Assembly (NCBI GenBank): GCA_003162425.1
Contig: PMOK01000168.1
Coordinates: 997 to 64,996, forward strand
Source: Bryobacterales bacterium
Lineage (GTDB): Bacteria; Acidobacteriota; Terriglobia; Bryobacterales; Bryobacteraceae
Reading direction: 5' to 3'
DNA: 64,000 nt
Below the pieces are notes generated by a model. The model did not search any database. It saw only the letters and a program-made list of their open reading frames with translations, and was not told the origin of the DNA. The stretch's first letter is position 1; each line of letters begins with the position of its first letter. Below, one piece after another: positions 61,241 to 64,000 of this stretch. Both the position numbers and the translations under genes were made by a program.

Positions 61241-63766
61241 GTGGGCTTATCGACCACAGCCAGGGTCTACATCGGGGGCGTCATCTGCGCCGGGCTGAGT
61301 ATCTTGCTCGGAGCGAACCTCCACTGGGCTTCCACCGATTATGCTCGCTTTCTCGCCTATCTTCTTCTAACCGCGGTCGCATCCGGCATGAAGGTCGGGC
61401 TGCCCGGCATCACCGGGACGATATCAGTGAGCTTTGTTCTGGTGCTGTCCTGCGTTATCCAGTTCTCCTTGGGTGAGGTGGTGGATATTGCAGTGATTTC
61501 CGCTTTAGTCCAATGCCTCTGGAAAGCGAAAGAGCGGCCCCGGCTCATTCATCTCTTATTCACCACAAGCTTGATGGTCTTAAGTACCGCGATGGCGTAC
61601 GCGGCGTACCATGTTTGCCGGCCTCGCTTCGGCCTGGTCATCTCCATCGCCTCCGCCACTTGTGCTTATTTCCTTAGCAACACCACCTCGGACGCGGGCG
61701 TGATTGCTTTAACGGAGCATAAGCCGCTGATCGCGACTTGGAAAAACTTCTATCTCTGGTCGTTTCCTTACTACCTGCTAGGGGCCTCAATCGTTGCTTC
61801 GATCAATTATGTGACGAAGTTCAATTGGGAGATCGCTCTCGCCGTCCTGCCGATGATCTTCATCATCTATCGTTCTCATACTCTGCACTTGAGGCAGCTG
61901 GAAGAGGAGAAACGGAACGCGGAGACAATGGCCGCGCTCCATCTGCGCACCATTGAGACACTCGCGCTTGCGATCGAAGCAAAGGATCAGACTACCGCCG
62001 ATCATTTGAAGCGGGTTCAGATCTATTCCAGAGAGCTCTCCCAGGAATTGGGTTTGTTGGAAGACGATAAGCTGGCGCTGCAGGCTGCATCGATTCTCCA
62101 TGATGTGGGAAAAATAGCGGTTCCAGACTACATCATTTCTAAACCGGGACGGCTTAGCCCGGACGAGTTCGAGAAAATGAAGATTCATCCGATTGTTGGC
62201 GCCGAGATCGTCGATTTCATCGACTTCCCCTATCCGGTGGCGGCCATCGTACGAGCCCATCATGAGAAGTGGGATGGATCTGGATATCCCTTCGGCTTAC
62301 GCGGCGATCAGATTCCCATTGGAGCTAGGATACTCTCGGTGGTGGACTGCTTCGACGCTCTGGCGTCGGACCGTCAGTACCGCAAAGCGCTGCCACTGGG
62401 CCAAGCCATGGCGGTGGTCGCTCATGAAGCCGGAAAGAGCTTCGATCCACAGATCGTCGAACTGCTGGGCCGGCGCTACATGGAAATTGAGGAGTTAGCC
62501 CAAGCCAAGCCATCACGCGTTCAACCGAACCTATCGCTGGATGTGAGGGTGGTGCGGGGTAGCTCGCCCGATGCGGGCTTTGAGTCCGCCGCTTCACGGA
62601 AGGAGGCGAATTCATTAAATCCTCAGGCCGGCTGGGCCGGCGATCGTGTCAAGGTAAACGCATTCGACGGGGTTATAGGCACGCTGGGGATATCACTTAG
62701 CGTGACGGAAACACTCGGCGTCCTGTGCTCCCGCATGAACGCGCTCGTCTCGGCTGATGCCGTTTCGATATACCTACTGGAGGGCGGCACACTTGTTCCC
62801 AAATATGTCCACGGCGAAAATTTCAAATTCTTGACATCCTTGCGCATCGGCTTGGGCGAAGGAGTCACCGGCTGGGTGGCGGAGAACCACAAGGCCATTC
62901 TGAACGGAAACCCGGCGGTAGAACCCGGCTATCGTGCCGGCCCGTCCAGCGCGCTCAATTCAGTGCTCGCCGTTCCGCTACAGACCAGTTCGGGAACCAT
63001 CGGCGTGCTGGCTCTATACCGGACAAAGAAAGACGCGTTTTCTCGCGATAACCTGGAGGATCTAATGGCGGTGAGCGATAAAATCTCGCTCGCAGTTGAG
63101 ACTTCCTTAGAGCAGGAACCCAGCAAGACCTTTACCAACGTGGATGAGCTCACAGGTTTACCGGATACGAGGGCGCTGTTTTCAAACATCTCGGCAGAAA
63201 TAGCGAAGCGGCGCGGCACCACTTCCACTCTGACGGTCTTGCTCTGCGGTCTGGAGGGAGTCGCCGACGTTCACGAATCCTTCGGGCGAGAAGCGGCGGA
63301 GAAGACGCTTCAGTTCGTGACGCGGCGTTTTCGCGAGAGGTGCCGGGAAGTCGATTACCTCGCCTGGCGGGGCGGAGATGATTTTGTGTTCGTGCTTCCT
63401 GGCTTGCCGGCAGAGGCAGTCGATGGGCGGATCAGCACGCTGACGCATCTGGTCCGCGAAGCGGGTCTGGAGCTCTGGGCCGCCGACCTTTTATCACTCA
63501 GCGCGGGAGTAGTCACTTTTCCCTTAAACGGCGATACACCTGAGACCCTGATCACGGAAGCCGAAAAAAGAATGTTTGCCGCTAGACGATCGAAAGTTCA
63601 GAGCGAGGCTAGCTCAGCATCCGAGAATCTCGTACGCTTGACGGAATCACCCAAGCAGCAAGATGGCCGGCCACTGGAAGGGATTATCTCCCTTCGCGAC
63701 GCGGTGAATCGGCTAAAGCTCAGGGAAGACCCTGTGGAGACGAGCGCGCGTAACCATCTTCCGTAA
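61241..63766 (+). CDS. membrane-anchored HD-GYP / GAF / GGDEF-domain protein (c-di-GMP turnover)
   Basis: About 7 N-terminal TM helices. HDVGKIAVPD and HHEKWDGSGYPFGL (HD-GYP). A GAF-like middle. C-terminal DELTGLPDTRAL..RGGDDFVFVL (GGDEF domain with GGDDF). GTG start. Confidence 0.9.
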   Translation: MGLSTTARVYIGGVICAGLSILLGANLHWASTDYARFLAYLLLTAVASGMKVGLPGITGTISVSFVLVLSCVIQFSLGEVVDIAVISALVQCLWKAKERPRLIHLLFTTSLMVLSTAMAYAAYHVCRPRFGLVISIASATCAYFLSNTTSDAGVIALTEHKPLIATWKNFYLWSFPYYLLGASIVASINYVTKFNWEIALAVLPMIFIIYRSHTLHLRQLEEEKRNAETMAALHLRTIETLALAIEAKDQTTADHLKRVQIYSRELSQELGLLEDDKLALQAASILHDVGKIAVPDYIISKPGRLSPDEFEKMKIHPIVGAEIVDFIDFPYPVAAIVRAHHEKWDGSGYPFGLRGDQIPIGARILSVVDCFDALASDRQYRKALPLGQAMAVVAHEAGKSFDPQIVELLGRRYMEIEELAQAKPSRVQPNLSLDVRVVRGSSPDAGFESAASRKEANSLNPQAGWAGDRVKVNAFDGVIGTLGISLSVTETLGVLCSRMNALVSADAVSIYLLEGGTLVPKYVHGENFKFLTSLRIGLGEGVTGWVAENHKAILNGNPAVEPGYRAGPSSALNSVLAVPLQTSSGTIGVLALYRTKKDAFSRDNLEDLMAVSDKISLAVETSLEQEPSKTFTNVDELTGLPDTRALFSNISAEIAKRRGTTSTLTVLLCGLEGVADVHESFGREAAEKTLQFVTRRFRERCREVDYLAWRGGDDFVFVLPGLPAEAVDGRISTLTHLVREAGLELWAADLLSLSAGVVTFPLNGDTPETLITEAEKRMFAARRSKVQSEASSASENLVRLTESPKQQDGRPLEGIISLRDAVNRLKLREDPVETSARNHLP

Positions 63767-64000
63767 CATTCGGCTGGTATCTACTTGCAATAGTTAGCGT
63801 ACTGAAATACGCTCGGGTATGCGACGGCAACCCGCCATCACAAACTCCTGAGCCACAAGCGTGTCAAAGAAGCTGGTCGGCGGCAATTGCTTGCTGTCAC
63901 CCACTTGCCTTATCCTGACGATGCCTACAATCCAGCCTGCGCATCGCGGGCTAGCGCACACGCTGCAACCTGCCAATCGGACGTATTAGCGACGGCGAAA

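Noticed and set aside
1-64000. CRISPR arrays and rRNA genes
   Set aside because: I found no regularly spaced short direct repeats with unique spacers and no rRNA-like sequence. All the tandem or periodic repeats seen are coding (the TPR units and the 30-bp duplication).

Overview
GC-rich bacterial window. The gene content points to Acidobacteriota: many Ser/Thr kinases fused to TPR or PD40/TolB-like propellers, TIGR02999-type ECF sigma factors and a TIGR03437-like C-terminal fragment. This assignment is inference only; no database search was possible. There are three parts. (1) 1-5 kb is a graveyard of IS and other gene fragments. 5-23.5 kb is a dense signalling block: four large STKs, one class III cyclase and two decayed ECF sigma genes. 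(2) About 23.7-51.1 kb is a composite accessory region. It holds an intact tyrosine integrase, then a compact NRPS cassette: an A-T with Stachelhaus code DAWFLGNVVK (Leu), a P450, and a C-A-T-TE whose TE nucleophile is Cys. This cassette is flanked by ~460-bp direct repeats. Next come a junkyard of gene fragments, remnants of mobilisable elements (an RHH/MobC-like gene, a relaxase N-terminus, an oriT-like iteron region, a tRNA-Met 3' fragment), and a tRNA-Ser(CGA) flanked by an intact xis/int pair on one side and a frameshifted pair on the other. Conjugation-gene remnants and chimeric pseudogenes follow. (3) 51.4-63.8 kb holds my best candidate for an undescribed system: two uncharacterised Pro/Ala/Arg-rich proteins (376 aa and about 1000 aa) transcribed divergently, each followed by a collinear paralogous ~540-aa TPR protein. 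One arm ends in an STK, the other in a membrane HD-GYP/GAF/GGDEF protein. No rRNA genes or CRISPR arrays were seen. There are many in-frame stops and frameshifts, so either real gene decay or assembly indel errors must be considered. All family calls rest on motifs read by eye.
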